This document shows positions 8,796 through 17,537 of a DNA stretch of 32,000 nucleotides, piece by piece. Positions within the stretch are counted from its first letter, which is position 1; each line of letters starts with the position of its first letter. Under the pieces are notes generated by a model. That model was given only the letters and a program-made list of their open reading frames with translations. It made no database searches and had not been told where the DNA came from. A program made the position numbers and the translations under genes. Location of the stretch: contig CP006868.1 in the NCBI GenBank assembly GCA_025340205.1, positions 600,001 to 632,000 of the forward strand, written 5' to 3'. This DNA comes from Ignicoccus pacificus DSM 13166 (lineage in GTDB: Archaea; Thermoproteota; Thermoprotei_A; Sulfolobales; Ignicoccaceae).

Positions 8796-10337
8796 TTAGG
8801 TTAGAGGAGAGCCCTTGTAGCACCCGCTGGATATGTAGACGGTTCCGGTGTTTAGGTTCTCTCTGCTCACCAGTCCTCCTGTTGTAGGATTAACGACGGC
8901 AGAGTAGCAGAGCTCGTCGCCGTTGATGCTTGCTATTATGGTGATGCTGGACTTAGTGATGTTTTTCACTCCCACGACCTTGAAGTGGAATGTTCCAACG
9001 TTGGTAACTACGTCAAGTAAGTTCTTGGTGAAGTTTCCTAATCCGAAGATGTTCATAAAGCTTCCGTCGGTCTTGTAGATGACTCCTTGGAGCCAAGCGT
9101 AGCTTGGGGTGAGCTTGCCTATCCTTATCTCCTTCTTCCAGCCATGAGGATTGAGGTAGAGTATGGTGAACCCCTCTGGGCTGGCGGTCACGAAGGCGGC
9201 GTCTGCTAGATATCCTACTCCTTGGAAGTCTCCTATTCCCACAAAGTTGTAGAGTCCCGGCAAGACGAAGGACGTATTCTTGTTTTGAAGGACGTCGTAG
9301 AAGTACAGCTTGAAAGCGTGTACCGTTCCGGGTATAACGTTTTCTATCATGAGGATATATGGATTGGTCTTGTACGGGGCCTTCTCGAGGAACATGGGTC
9401 CGTAGGTGGTCAGCCTCATCTTCATGGGATTGAAGGTCCCGTTCGCTTGACCGTTATCACCTTTGTAGGCCCAGTAGACGTTCATGTCGAAACGCTTGGC
9501 CCATACGGCAAAGCATCCTTCGGCGTCTATGGCATCTGGAAGTATGTTCATAACGGTAGCGTTCTTGGCTTCGAACTTGAACTCCTTAAGCTTCTTCATT
9601 CCATGGAGGGCATCGTAGAAGGCGCAATAGCCGTAGGTTACGTTGCCCTTCTTCCAAGTCTTTATCTCCCAAGCGTAGATGTCGTTTCCTATCTTAATGA
9701 AGGAAGCTCTTCCAGTGGTGTTTATGTGGGCTATCTTCTTGGTTTGGTTACCGTAGAGTTCGTAAAGAGTGTTGTTTATCACCATGAGCAGCTTGTCATC
9801 CTTAACAGCATAGCTCATGAGTCTGGGGTCAATTACCGGCGCGCTGAGTCTGGGAAGGTCGTAGACTCCTACTAGCTTGCCGTCCTTAAAGGTCCATATT
9901 TGTTCCGTTCCTCCCACCGTCCTAACTGCGATGAACACAACTCCGTCCTTGGTGGGATAGTTAAGAGGAGCTGCTAACTTCACGTTTACGAGCTTTCTGA
10001 ACTTCATTGTATAGAGTTCCTTTTCGAATATCTTGTTAATGGTCCCCTTAGGCTTCGCTTGGGGCTTGGTTGTAGTAGCGGTGGTCGAAGTTTTGGGGGA
10101 TGCCTCCTTTACCTCCACATTAACCATTTCAGCCTTGCTGGTTCCCGTATGAACGGGCTTATGGATCAACACGAAGGCGAGGCCTATTATCGCGATTACC
10201 GCAATTATCACTGATGCAATTATTATCATCTTCCGGTTGTCCGCCTGAGCCTTACCTTCAGCGCTCACGAAGGCTTCACCGTGAGGCCTACATGCGGAGC
10301 GCTTATTCGCATTTAAGGTGTGGAACCAAAACTTCAA
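8796..10337 (-). CDS. Membrane-anchored extracellular protein, unknown function
   Basis: Start is TTG 10337 or, more plausibly, ATG 10229 (MIIIASVIIAVIAIIGLAFVLI, a single N-terminal TM anchor). A Thr/Pro/Lys-rich linker SPKTSTTATTTKPQAKPKG follows, then about 400 aa of aromatic, beta-rich ectodomain with several N-x-S/T sites. Confidence 0.7.
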   Translation of the reverse strand: MKFWFHTLNANKRSACRPHGEAFVSAEGKAQADNRKMIIIASVIIAVIAIIGLAFVLIHKPVHTGTSKAEMVNVEVKEASPKTSTTATTTKPQAKPKGTINKIFEKELYTMKFRKLVNVKLAAPLNYPTKDGVVFIAVRTVGGTEQIWTFKDGKLVGVYDLPRLSAPVIDPRLMSYAVKDDKLLMVINNTLYELYGNQTKKIAHINTTGRASFIKIGNDIYAWEIKTWKKGNVTYGYCAFYDALHGMKKLKEFKFEAKNATVMNILPDAIDAEGCFAVWAKRFDMNVYWAYKGDNGQANGTFNPMKMRLTTYGPMFLEKAPYKTNPYILMIENVIPGTVHAFKLYFYDVLQNKNTSFVLPGLYNFVGIGDFQGVGYLADAAFVTASPEGFTILYLNPHGWKKEIRIGKLTPSYAWLQGVIYKTDGSFMNIFGLGNFTKNLLDVVTNVGTFHFKVVGVKNITKSSITIIASINGDELCYSAVVNPTTGGLVSRENLNTGTVYISSGCYKGSPLT

Positions 10338-10465
10338 CTTTGTAAGAAACTCTAGTAGGCGCGAGCGAACCGGATCTTTAGGTAGCGAGCGTCGATCCGA
10401 TTAACCCTTATATTCACCTACACAGTCCAGCGCGTGGTCAGTGCTAAGCTAAAGTCAACGACGAG

Positions 10466-10987
10466 GTGATGGCAAGGTTGAGAATTCCTCTGGACACCAT
10501 ATGCGTGAAAACCGGCATCCTATGCCCCAGCTGTCAGAGGAAAGTGGACGAAGGAGAGGTACAAGAGTACGAAGTTGACGTGATGAGGAAGCTACTGGAA
10601 CTAGAGAACGAGATAAAGGAGCTGAAGAACGCCACTTACGTCAAGAGCTACGATCTAGGAAACCTGCTAATCGTTGTGCTAAAGATGGACGAGTGGGACA
10701 CCGACCTAGTGAGGAAGATCCGCCAAGCCCTCTCGAGAGCTCTCGACAGGAGGGTTAGGGTAGTGATAAAGACCCCGGAGCCCAGGGAGGTCGCCTCACA
10801 GCTACTGATACCTCTGACCGTGAGGGGAGTGAACGTCGTTTGGCTCCCCGACGGAACTCAGAAGTACGTGGTAAGGGTGAGCAGAGGCTTTTCGAGGAGG
10901 GGCCCGCGCTTACCGGCTCCCAAGGAGGAGCTCGAGAAGGTCCTGAGCGATATATTGGGAGCTCCTATAGAGATAAGGTTTGACTAA
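10466..10987 (+). CDS. N-terminal zinc-ribbon protein with a KH/NusA-like C-terminal region (predicted nucleic-acid binding)
   Basis: CPSC lies near the N-terminus (ICVKTGILCPSCQRKV), followed by a coiled segment and a region resembling archaeal NusA-like KH proteins. This is from memory of the family and not verified. The ATG at 10469 is an equally good start. Confidence 0.55.
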   Translation: MMARLRIPLDTICVKTGILCPSCQRKVDEGEVQEYEVDVMRKLLELENEIKELKNATYVKSYDLGNLLIVVLKMDEWDTDLVRKIRQALSRALDRRVRVVIKTPEPREVASQLLIPLTVRGVNVVWLPDGTQKYVVRVSRGFSRRGPRLPAPKEELEKVLSDILGAPIEIRFD

Positions 10988-10994
10988 AAGATTT

Positions 10995-11723
10995 TTATGA
11001 TTGCTCGGACTGCTCAGCGCTCTCCTGAGCGCCGCCTTCGGTCTTCTCCTCGGGCCTCTTGAGCTCCTCTACGAAGACTATCTTCTTGATGCTCGGGACG
11101 AACTTGAACACGTCGCTGACTATCATGGCCTTCACTAGCTGTATGTTCTCGCTCAGGAAGTACTTCTCGGGAACCTTTACTGTCATGGTGTCTCCCTCGA
11201 TGCTCACCTCCGCCCCCGGTATTCTCCTCTCTACCAACTTCTTGGCTTTTTCAGAATCTTCTTTTATTACATCGATTACCTTCATCTTAGCTAGTATCAC
11301 CTTACCAGCGTAGGGATGGTTGAAGTCTACCAGAACCCTTCCTCCGCTTACCGCCTTCACTACTCCGACCTTTCCTCCTATCTCGACGACCATTCCGGGA
11401 TAGACGTTCCTTATTCCGGCTCTCCTAAACTCTCCTAAGGTATACTTCTTCACCAAGGTGGGGTTCCTCGGTCCGTAGGCCTTCTCCGGAGGTATCTCGA
11501 CCTCCTTCTCCTCACCCTTCTCCATACCTACTACAGCTTCCTCCATTCCCGGGAGGAGCTTGCCCTCCCCCACGACTACTATTATGGGTTCATACTTCTC
11601 GTTTTCCTTGTAGATGCCCGCCTGCTTGGCCACCTCCTCGGAAGTAGTTTCTATCACCTCACCCGTATCCTTCAGCTTCAGCGTGTAATCCAATACTATA
11701 ACGTCGCCCTTCTCCACTGCCAC
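10995..11723 (-). CDS. Long-type archaeal FKBP peptidyl-prolyl cis-trans isomerase with an insert-in-flap and a C-terminal domain
   Basis: GDVIVLDYTLKL..GEVIETT, VVVGEGKLLPGMEEAVVGMEKGEEKEVEIPPEKAYG and VDFNHPYAGK are classic SlyD/FKBP26-like motifs. Acidic C-terminal tail. Confidence 0.9.
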   Translation of the reverse strand: MAVEKGDVIVLDYTLKLKDTGEVIETTSEEVAKQAGIYKENEKYEPIIVVVGEGKLLPGMEEAVVGMEKGEEKEVEIPPEKAYGPRNPTLVKKYTLGEFRRAGIRNVYPGMVVEIGGKVGVVKAVSGGRVLVDFNHPYAGKVILAKMKVIDVIKEDSEKAKKLVERRIPGAEVSIEGDTMTVKVPEKYFLSENIQLVKAMIVSDVFKFVPSIKKIVFVEELKRPEEKTEGGAQESAEQSEQS

Positions 11724-11771
11724 GACGCCTTCACCGTCGCGCTCTAGGAGATGGGTGGTAAAAAGGTCCCC

Positions 11772-12014
11772 CTACGCTCCCTCCTCCAAGGCCTCGAGGA
11801 TCATGAGGGCTTTCAAGATCAGCTCCCTCTCATCGTCACATAGGTTCCTCTTGTGAAGGGCCTCCTCTAACTCTCTTTCGAGAAACTTGAGGTCTGGATC
11901 GCCTTGAGAGGGGCAAGAGCTCAAACACCCTATTTCGCATAAGATTTCGATTACTCCCATCAGCTCGTCGAATAAAGCACCTCTCACCTCTTCATACCGT
12001 CTTCCACGTCCCAA
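11772..12014 (-). CDS. Small hypothetical helical protein (80 aa) with a CEIGCLSSC cluster
   Basis: The only ORF in this gap. Glu/Leu-rich helical composition, non-ATG start, no recognisable motif. Confidence 0.4.
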   Translation of the reverse strand: MGRGRRYEEVRGALFDELMGVIEILCEIGCLSSCPSQGDPDLKFLERELEEALHKRNLCDDERELILKALMILEALEEGA

Positions 12015-12189
12015 GGACTCTCAAATAACACGAAGAGTGCAAATGGCTTCTCGATTCGCTCGCTGGGCGGGTAAAGGGTGGGAGCAATAGTTCCAAGACC
12101 GCTGATAATGATCGCATAGATACGAGTAAGAGCATTGAACATACTTTTGAGTATTAAGCCTTCAGGGAAGTTAGGAGGAGGGGACTGAG

Positions 12190-12381
12190 TTGAGCAAGAA
12201 GTGTCCCTTCTGCGGAGCTCAGATGGAGAAATTTGGCACGTTCAAAGACCTAGCCAAAGGAGTCAAGGTACCGCTAATAGGCGACTTAAGCAACTTGCTG
12301 AAAGAAGACATAGCTGAGGTGGAGGTCTGGTACTGCCAATCGTGCGGCTTCATAGCGCTCTTCAGGGCACAGAACCAATAA
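12190..12381 (+). CDS. Small zinc-ribbon protein (CPFC ... CQSC)
   Basis: Two CxxC pairs lie at the ends of a 63-aa ORF. A purine-rich GGAGGAGGGG sits just upstream of the TTG start. Confidence 0.55.
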   Translation: MSKKCPFCGAQMEKFGTFKDLAKGVKVPLIGDLSNLLKEDIAEVEVWYCQSCGFIALFRAQNQ

Positions 12382-12415
12382 ACCCGTTTTCCAGACCTCG
12401 GAGAGGTCCGAGGCT

Positions 12416-13705
12416 TTGTACGCCTCCAAGTTCAAGAGAGCTAAAGACTACCTAAGCATAGAAGCGCCCGGTCTCTGGATACTTATCCACAAGTTCAAGG
12501 TAGAGGTTGAGAAGGGATCTCACAGCGCCTACTTAGACTCTTCCGAGATGAGCATAATCATTCCGGAGTCTTGGATGAACAGGATAAGCGATCCGGAGCT
12601 AGCTACCTTGCTCGCTCACGAGGCCCTTCACGGTATCTTGGGCCACTGGATGCCTCCGAAGGAGTACGATTTAGATCAGAGGAAGTGGAACTTGGCTTGT
12701 GACGTAGAGGTAAACCACGTCTTAGATGAGATGGGCTTGCTTAGGAACTTGATAAGGATGACAGACAGGTTGCTAAGGGCGAAGCCAGTTACTTGGGAGC
12801 TCTTCTCCCACTATGGTGTAGAGCCTAACGATCCCGCGGAGACTGTATATGCTAAGATTAAGGATAAGAACTTGAGCTTCAGCACCGTTTCCCCTAACGG
12901 AAAGAAGGAGGGTCATGGCGGAATAGTTGTTCCTATGGATCTAGGCGGAGAGGGGGAAAGGGGGAAGAGAGAGACTGTATGGAAGGGCGATGAGGAGTTC
13001 AGAGAGGAGGTGAGGGAACTAGCTGAGGTGGACAAGGGAGCTGCGAAGAAGACTCTGGCCCGAGTGCTGGCTGAGGTCATAGAGGCTCAGAAGAGTGCGG
13101 GCAACGTCCCTGCCTCTCTCTTAAGGAAGTTGAAGAGGTTCTTGGGCTCTGAGGTCCCGTGGAGCAGGTTGCTCGGCGCCGCCCTTAGGGAAGGGCTAGG
13201 AACCACCGTTAGAACGTGGCAGAGACCCAATAGGAGGCTCATAGAGAACGTCCCAGGTTCCATTACGAAGGGGACTAGCATTTGGTGCTTAGTCGATACA
13301 TCTGGCTCCATTTCGGAGGAGGAGTTAAGCAAGTTCGCTGGGGAGATAATCGCGGCCGCTAGGTACGCTTCAAAAATAAATCTCTTAAGCTGGGACGCGG
13401 AGGCGTACGAGACCATAAGGGTTCGGAGCATCTCAAGGCTGAAGAACGCTCTAAAGGAGATGCTGAAGGGCGGAGGAGGGACTGTGATCTCGGAGCCTTT
13501 GAGGAGGCTCTTTAAAGAAATGAGGAGCGGAGACGCGGTAATAGTGTTCACCGATGGCTTCTGGTTTGACGCAGAATCCGAGGAAACGAGAAAGCTGATG
13601 GAATCCGTTAGGAAGAGATCCTCAGTAGCGATACTCGTGAGCACGGGGGAGGTGCCGAGGGTAGCGGAGGAGGCAAGGTGGAGGGTCGTGAAAATTACTC
13701 CATGA
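12416..13705 (+). CDS. Putative metallopeptidase-vWA fusion protein (DUF2201-like architecture)
   Basis: The N-terminal half carries HEALHGILGH (HExxH). The C-terminal half carries the MIDAS motif DTSGS (CLVDTSGSISEEEL) and a vWA-like beta-alpha pattern (AVIVFTDG). Confidence 0.8.
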   Translation: MYASKFKRAKDYLSIEAPGLWILIHKFKVEVEKGSHSAYLDSSEMSIIIPESWMNRISDPELATLLAHEALHGILGHWMPPKEYDLDQRKWNLACDVEVNHVLDEMGLLRNLIRMTDRLLRAKPVTWELFSHYGVEPNDPAETVYAKIKDKNLSFSTVSPNGKKEGHGGIVVPMDLGGEGERGKRETVWKGDEEFREEVRELAEVDKGAAKKTLARVLAEVIEAQKSAGNVPASLLRKLKRFLGSEVPWSRLLGAALREGLGTTVRTWQRPNRRLIENVPGSITKGTSIWCLVDTSGSISEEELSKFAGEIIAAARYASKINLLSWDAEAYETIRVRSISRLKNALKEMLKGGGGTVISEPLRRLFKEMRSGDAVIVFTDGFWFDAESEETRKLMESVRKRSSVAILVSTGEVPRVAEEARWRVVKITP

Positions 13706-13754
13706 TGCTCAGAAGTTATAAGCTTCTCAATGCGATCCGCGAAGGGTCTGAGTA

Positions 13755-14456
13755 ATGCAAGTCCAGACGATGGGTAAGAAGAGCTTGATACTCTCGCAAG
13801 TGAGCATGACAATATTCGCGCTGGTCATGTCGTTCTTCCCAAATTACTACGGACTGCTACTGTTAGCGTACTTCTTAATAATGCCTGTAATAATGTACAA
13901 GTTCATGGCCAAGCCTCTAAAGGAGGCCATGGGCAGGGTAAAGGGAAAGACGCTGCATGAAGAGAACGCTAAGGAGCTATTCGAGAAGGATCCTGAGTTC
14001 GAGTGGATCATGAAGGGACAGATGTTCCAGAGCCTCCTCTCCAGCCTTCCCCTCTTAGTGTTAATCGCCTTCGGATTCACCCTATGGCCAGTGATAACGC
14101 ACATAAGCGATCCATGGATCAGATTCGCTGCTATAATAGCCTACTTCGAGGGTTATACGGTGCTCAACTACTTGGTCAACAAACACATGGCTAAGCAAGT
14201 AATGAAGGTGCCTAAGCCCATAACTAACTACAAGATTACCGACAAGGGAATACAGATAAAGCCCTTTGGTACCATCAACTTCCCGCTACAATCATATGTT
14301 GTAAAGCTGAAGAAGGAGAGCTACGCAGTGGATCTCCTTTCCAAAAAGGAGGGAAGTCCGAGCTATAGGATATACACGAAAAACCCGGAGAAGGTTTACC
14401 AGCTCCTCAGCTCCTTGGGGTTGAAGGTTGAAGAAGCTGAAAGTAGTGTTGCTTGA
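13755..14456 (+). CDS. Membrane protein (about 4 TM) with a soluble C-terminal beta-rich domain, possibly bacterial-PH-like
   Basis: Two hydrophobic hairpins are separated by a charged loop. The C-terminal ~90 aa (ITNYKITDKGIQIKPFGTINFPL...YRIYTKNPEKVYQLL) is soluble. The fold assignment is inference. Confidence 0.7.
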   Translation: MQVQTMGKKSLILSQVSMTIFALVMSFFPNYYGLLLLAYFLIMPVIMYKFMAKPLKEAMGRVKGKTLHEENAKELFEKDPEFEWIMKGQMFQSLLSSLPLLVLIAFGFTLWPVITHISDPWIRFAAIIAYFEGYTVLNYLVNKHMAKQVMKVPKPITNYKITDKGIQIKPFGTINFPLQSYVVKLKKESYAVDLLSKKEGSPSYRIYTKNPEKVYQLLSSLGLKVEEAESSVA

Positions 14457-15057
14457 ATCCTCTCTTGAACTAGCTCCCGGATGGCCCCGGGGACCCCTCA
14501 TCGATAAGAGGTATCATTATCATAGAATGTCTTCCCTCCCTCAGAAGTGGAAGAGGGGAAGGCCTGATATAGTGCACACAACCTTAATCCTACTCCAAGA
14601 CTCGTTCTTAAATATGGAAGGCCGCTTAGAGGTTTACATACATACGATAGACAACAAGGTGTATCGGGTAAGGGAAGACGAGAGGGTTCCAAAGCACTAC
14701 GACGCCTTCAAGGAGATAATGGCTCAAGTGTTAGAAAAAGGAAGGGTGCCTCCGGAGGGCGAGCCCTTAATATGGCTCGCCTATGATTCCCTCTCTGAAT
14801 TCGTGAAGGAGCACGGCGGGTTGATCTTGTTCTGGGAAGGAGGGAGGAGAGCTAAGTTCGTAGATGTGGCTAAAGATGCGTTGGAAAATGACCTTCCCGT
14901 CGGAATTGGAATGTTCCCCAGGGGCGACTTCAAGAGGAGCACGCTGAGGAAGGCTACCAGAAGGTACAGCGTAGCTGAGGGAAAACCTCTGAAGGCTTGG
15001 ACTATCGCCTACAAGCTACTCTGCGCAGCTGAGAGCTTGCTGGGAATAGACGTCTAA
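14428..15057 (+). CDS. nep1: Ribosomal RNA small subunit methyltransferase Nep1 (Emg1 family, SPOUT fold)
   Basis: Hallmark KRGRPDIVH motif, the typical VVLLESSLEL N-terminus and about 210 aa length. The TTG start overlaps the upstream gene by 29 nt. Confidence 0.85.
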   Translation: MKKLKVVLLESSLELAPGWPRGPLIDKRYHYHRMSSLPQKWKRGRPDIVHTTLILLQDSFLNMEGRLEVYIHTIDNKVYRVREDERVPKHYDAFKEIMAQVLEKGRVPPEGEPLIWLAYDSLSEFVKEHGGLILFWEGGRRAKFVDVAKDALENDLPVGIGMFPRGDFKRSTLRKATRRYSVAEGKPLKAWTIAYKLLCAAESLLGIDV

Positions 15058-15593
15058 CGCGGCTTTATGATCATCTTACACCTTCCTTCCTCCTTCAAGA
15101 CGGCAGAATGGCCTTGAGGGGTCTCGTAGAGCTCCGGCTCCCAGCGTCTTCTCGTTAATATAGACAAACAGACGCCGATGAAGTAAGGAACGGGGCAAGC
15201 GCTCCCCTTGATCTCGGCCCCTCCAACGCCCTTGGGACAGAGCTTACACCTCTCGCTAACTATCTCTATCTTTACCTCATCCTCCTTTGCCTCAATGGAA
15301 TACTCTCCATCCTTGTAGTTATACGCCTTGAAGGCATTCTCCAAGTTTTCCTTTATTGACTTACTCTCGTTGACTATGCCTTTCTCTAGCATATAGGCAC
15401 ATATCCTCGGGGTGAAGTAATGAGCTAGTAGTCCTACCGTTCCCTGGGTCAATATTCCGAGTTCATGAAGGGATCCTAAAAGGGAGGCCATCGTTATCGA
15501 AGATAGGCTAACGTCCCTCTTCCTGATTATATCTCTCGTTTTCCTCACGCTTTCCAATAACTCATCAATTCCTAAAGTCATAGAACATCCCAT
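15054..15593 (-). CDS. V4R-like (4-vinyl reductase / small-molecule-binding) domain protein with a Cys cluster
   Basis: ERCKLCPKGVGGAEIKGSACPVPYFIGVCLS resembles the Cys-containing core of V4R domains. It is divergent from the hydrogenase gene. The family call is from memory. Confidence 0.55.
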   Translation of the reverse strand: MGCSMTLGIDELLESVRKTRDIIRKRDVSLSSITMASLLGSLHELGILTQGTVGLLAHYFTPRICAYMLEKGIVNESKSIKENLENAFKAYNYKDGEYSIEAKEDEVKIEIVSERCKLCPKGVGGAEIKGSACPVPYFIGVCLSILTRRRWEPELYETPQGHSAVLKEEGRCKMIIKPR

Positions 15594-15812
15594 TCCATAC
15601 TATCGCTCGCGCTAAGTAATAAGCTGAGGTTGACCTCTCGATCAAAACTTATGCTCACGATCCTAACTTTTTCTATTTACGAACATATCAGAGAGCGGTC
15701 TCTAGTTCCTTCACCTTTACGTTTTTCCTTTAACACGCTACAAGTGCTCGAGTTACCCGTCATAACTAAAAGGTTGAAAGGTATAGGTTAGGAAGAAGCT
15801 GGGGCCTAAGCT

Positions 15813-17249
15813 TTGAGTACTCTTAAAGAGATGCACCCGAAGACCAAGAAGCAGATACTTCTCGACATGACTCTCATAGAAGGCCACATGAACGTAATAG
15901 TCGACACTGACGAAGGAATAATCAAGGACGTGAGGGTTCAAGGAATAGACTCGAGGTACTTCGAGAAGTTCTGTGAGGGCATGGCAATAGACGACCTCCC
16001 GAAGATAACTCCGAGGATCTGTGGCCTCTGTTCGGCCAGTCACCACGTCGCCTCTGCCATGGCTGTAGATCACGTTTATGGAGTCGAGATACCTCCTAGG
16101 GCCAAACTGATAAGAAGGGCCATAAACTATGGAATAATCTTGAACAACCACGTAATTCACTTAATAATGATGGGCTTTCCCGACCTACTGCTTAAGGGTA
16201 AGAACAGGAGCATGCTGAAGTTGATGACGGTGGACAAGGAGCTTGTGCAAGAGGGAATGAAGTTAGTAAAGCTAGGCCACGAGGCCGTGAGAGTCTTTGG
16301 AGGCAGGGACATCCACCCGGTAAGGGCTATGGGAGGGGGAGTAGCGAAGCCCCCCACCGAGACGGAGCTCAAGCTATTCAAGGAAATGCTCGAAAAACAC
16401 GAAGAGGTTATGAAGAAGTTCGTGAAAATGGCCCTTGACAAGCTCGCATCCGTGGAGGATCTCATAAAGTCCTACCCCAACGGAAACAAGTACTTCGGCG
16501 CGGTTGTACAAGGGAACAAGAGCGACTACTACGAGGGCAAGCTCAAGATAGTGGACCAGAAAGGCAACGTAGTAAAGGAGGTAGATCCCATAGACTATCA
16601 AAAAGCATTGAAGGAGTATACCTTCGACTGGACCTACATAAAGCCTGTCACCGTAGTAGATGAGGAGTATCCGGAAGGAGCCATAAGGGTAGGTCCCATC
16701 TCTAGGATAAACATCATAGATAGCTTCGGAACCCCTTGGGCGGACGAGCTCCTAGAGAACTTCCGCCAGAAGTTCGGAAGATATGCTTGGGACCCCTTGC
16801 TATACCACGAGGCGAGGGTCATAGAATCAGTCCACATGTTCGAAATGCTCAAGGAATTGATAGAAATGCCCGAGATGTGGGAAGGAGAGTACCTTATTGA
16901 CACTAATGGAATGAAGAACGAGAGGGGAGTGGGACTTACCGAGGCTCCTAGGGGAATACTGATTCACGACGTAACGGCCACGGAGAAGGACGGCGAAGTA
17001 GTTGTGAAGAAGTTCAACATAATAACTCCAACCGCAGTTAACGCCGCTGCTATTGAGAACGACTTGAAGAAGTTCCTCCTAGGAAAGAACTTGAAGGACG
17101 TAGAACAAGACCTCTACCGCATGGTCTCCTCCGTGGTGAGGTCATACGATCCATGCATGGCTTGTGCCACGCACTCGGTCTCTAAGGGACCGAGCATGGT
17201 AATTAGGATTAGGGAGAAGGGTAAAGAGGTAAGGGTGATCAAGGGATGA
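15813..17249 (+). CDS. [NiFe]-hydrogenase large (catalytic) subunit, group-3-like
   Basis: N-terminal Ni-binding motif RICGLCSASH (TGT at 16020), RVFGGRDIHP and EAPRG are present. The C-terminal motif DPCMACATH (GAT at 17148) is followed by a 24-aa extension. Confidence 0.9.
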   Translation: MSTLKEMHPKTKKQILLDMTLIEGHMNVIVDTDEGIIKDVRVQGIDSRYFEKFCEGMAIDDLPKITPRICGLCSASHHVASAMAVDHVYGVEIPPRAKLIRRAINYGIILNNHVIHLIMMGFPDLLLKGKNRSMLKLMTVDKELVQEGMKLVKLGHEAVRVFGGRDIHPVRAMGGGVAKPPTETELKLFKEMLEKHEEVMKKFVKMALDKLASVEDLIKSYPNGNKYFGAVVQGNKSDYYEGKLKIVDQKGNVVKEVDPIDYQKALKEYTFDWTYIKPVTVVDEEYPEGAIRVGPISRINIIDSFGTPWADELLENFRQKFGRYAWDPLLYHEARVIESVHMFEMLKELIEMPEMWEGEYLIDTNGMKNERGVGLTEAPRGILIHDVTATEKDGEVVVKKFNIITPTAVNAAAIENDLKKFLLGKNLKDVEQDLYRMVSSVVRSYDPCMACATHSVSKGPSMVIRIREKGKEVRVIKG

Positions 17250-17503
17250 AGGAGAAGTTCAAGGTTGTGATTAGGGAGTGGTGCAAGGGATGTCCCATCT
17301 GCGTCGACGTCTGCCCCGCTCCGGGAAACGTCTTCGAGATCGTGGACGGAAAGCCCAAGGTAGCTAGGACTGAGCTCTGCTTCGGCTGTGGTTTGTGTGC
17401 AGAGCTATGCCCCGCTAAGGCAATAGAGATAGAGGGATTGATCAAACCTCACAGGTTGCCTTTCAACGAGTACATAAGATCTCTTGTAGCTAGAATGGTT
17501 TAA
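17246..17503 (+). CDS. 2x[4Fe-4S] ferredoxin-domain protein (KorD/PorD-delta-like size)
   Basis: Two cluster motifs are present: CKGCPICVDVCP and CFGCGLCAELCP. The ATG overlaps the hydrogenase stop (ATGA). Confidence 0.85.
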   Translation: MKEKFKVVIREWCKGCPICVDVCPAPGNVFEIVDGKPKVARTELCFGCGLCAELCPAKAIEIEGLIKPHRLPFNEYIRSLVARMV

Positions 17504-17511
17504 GCTTTTAG
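17499..17511 (+). promoter_or_regulatory. TATA-box candidate for tRNA-Thr
   Basis: TTTAAGCTTTTAG lies 27-39 nt upstream of tRNA position 1. Confidence 0.4.
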
Positions 17512-17537
17512 GGGCTTTAGGAAATCCCTCCCCGCGG

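Noticed and set aside
9222-9875. 217-aa ORF antisense to the membrane-anchored ectodomain gene
   Set aside because: It lies wholly inside a longer, well-formed gene on the other strand. It has Val/Gly/Ser-biased composition and no motif, typical of a shadow ORF.
12100-12190. C/D-box sRNA suggested by CTGATAATGATCG (D'-like CUGA followed by a C'-like AUGAUCG)
   Set aside because: No RUGAUGA C box lies at the expected distance upstream, and no terminal CUGA D box sits at the expected distance after a 12-nt guide. The region is better explained as divergent promoter sequence.
13087-13812. 241-aa ORF antisense to the HExxH-vWA gene
   Set aside because: It gives a Ser/Leu-rich shadow-frame translation. 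The sense gene carries clear HExxH and MIDAS motifs.
15690-15703. Inverted repeat AGAGA-GCGG-TCTCT in the V4R/hydrogenase divergent promoter region as an operator site
   Set aside because: It has only 5-bp arms and could easily arise by chance. It is noted but not called.
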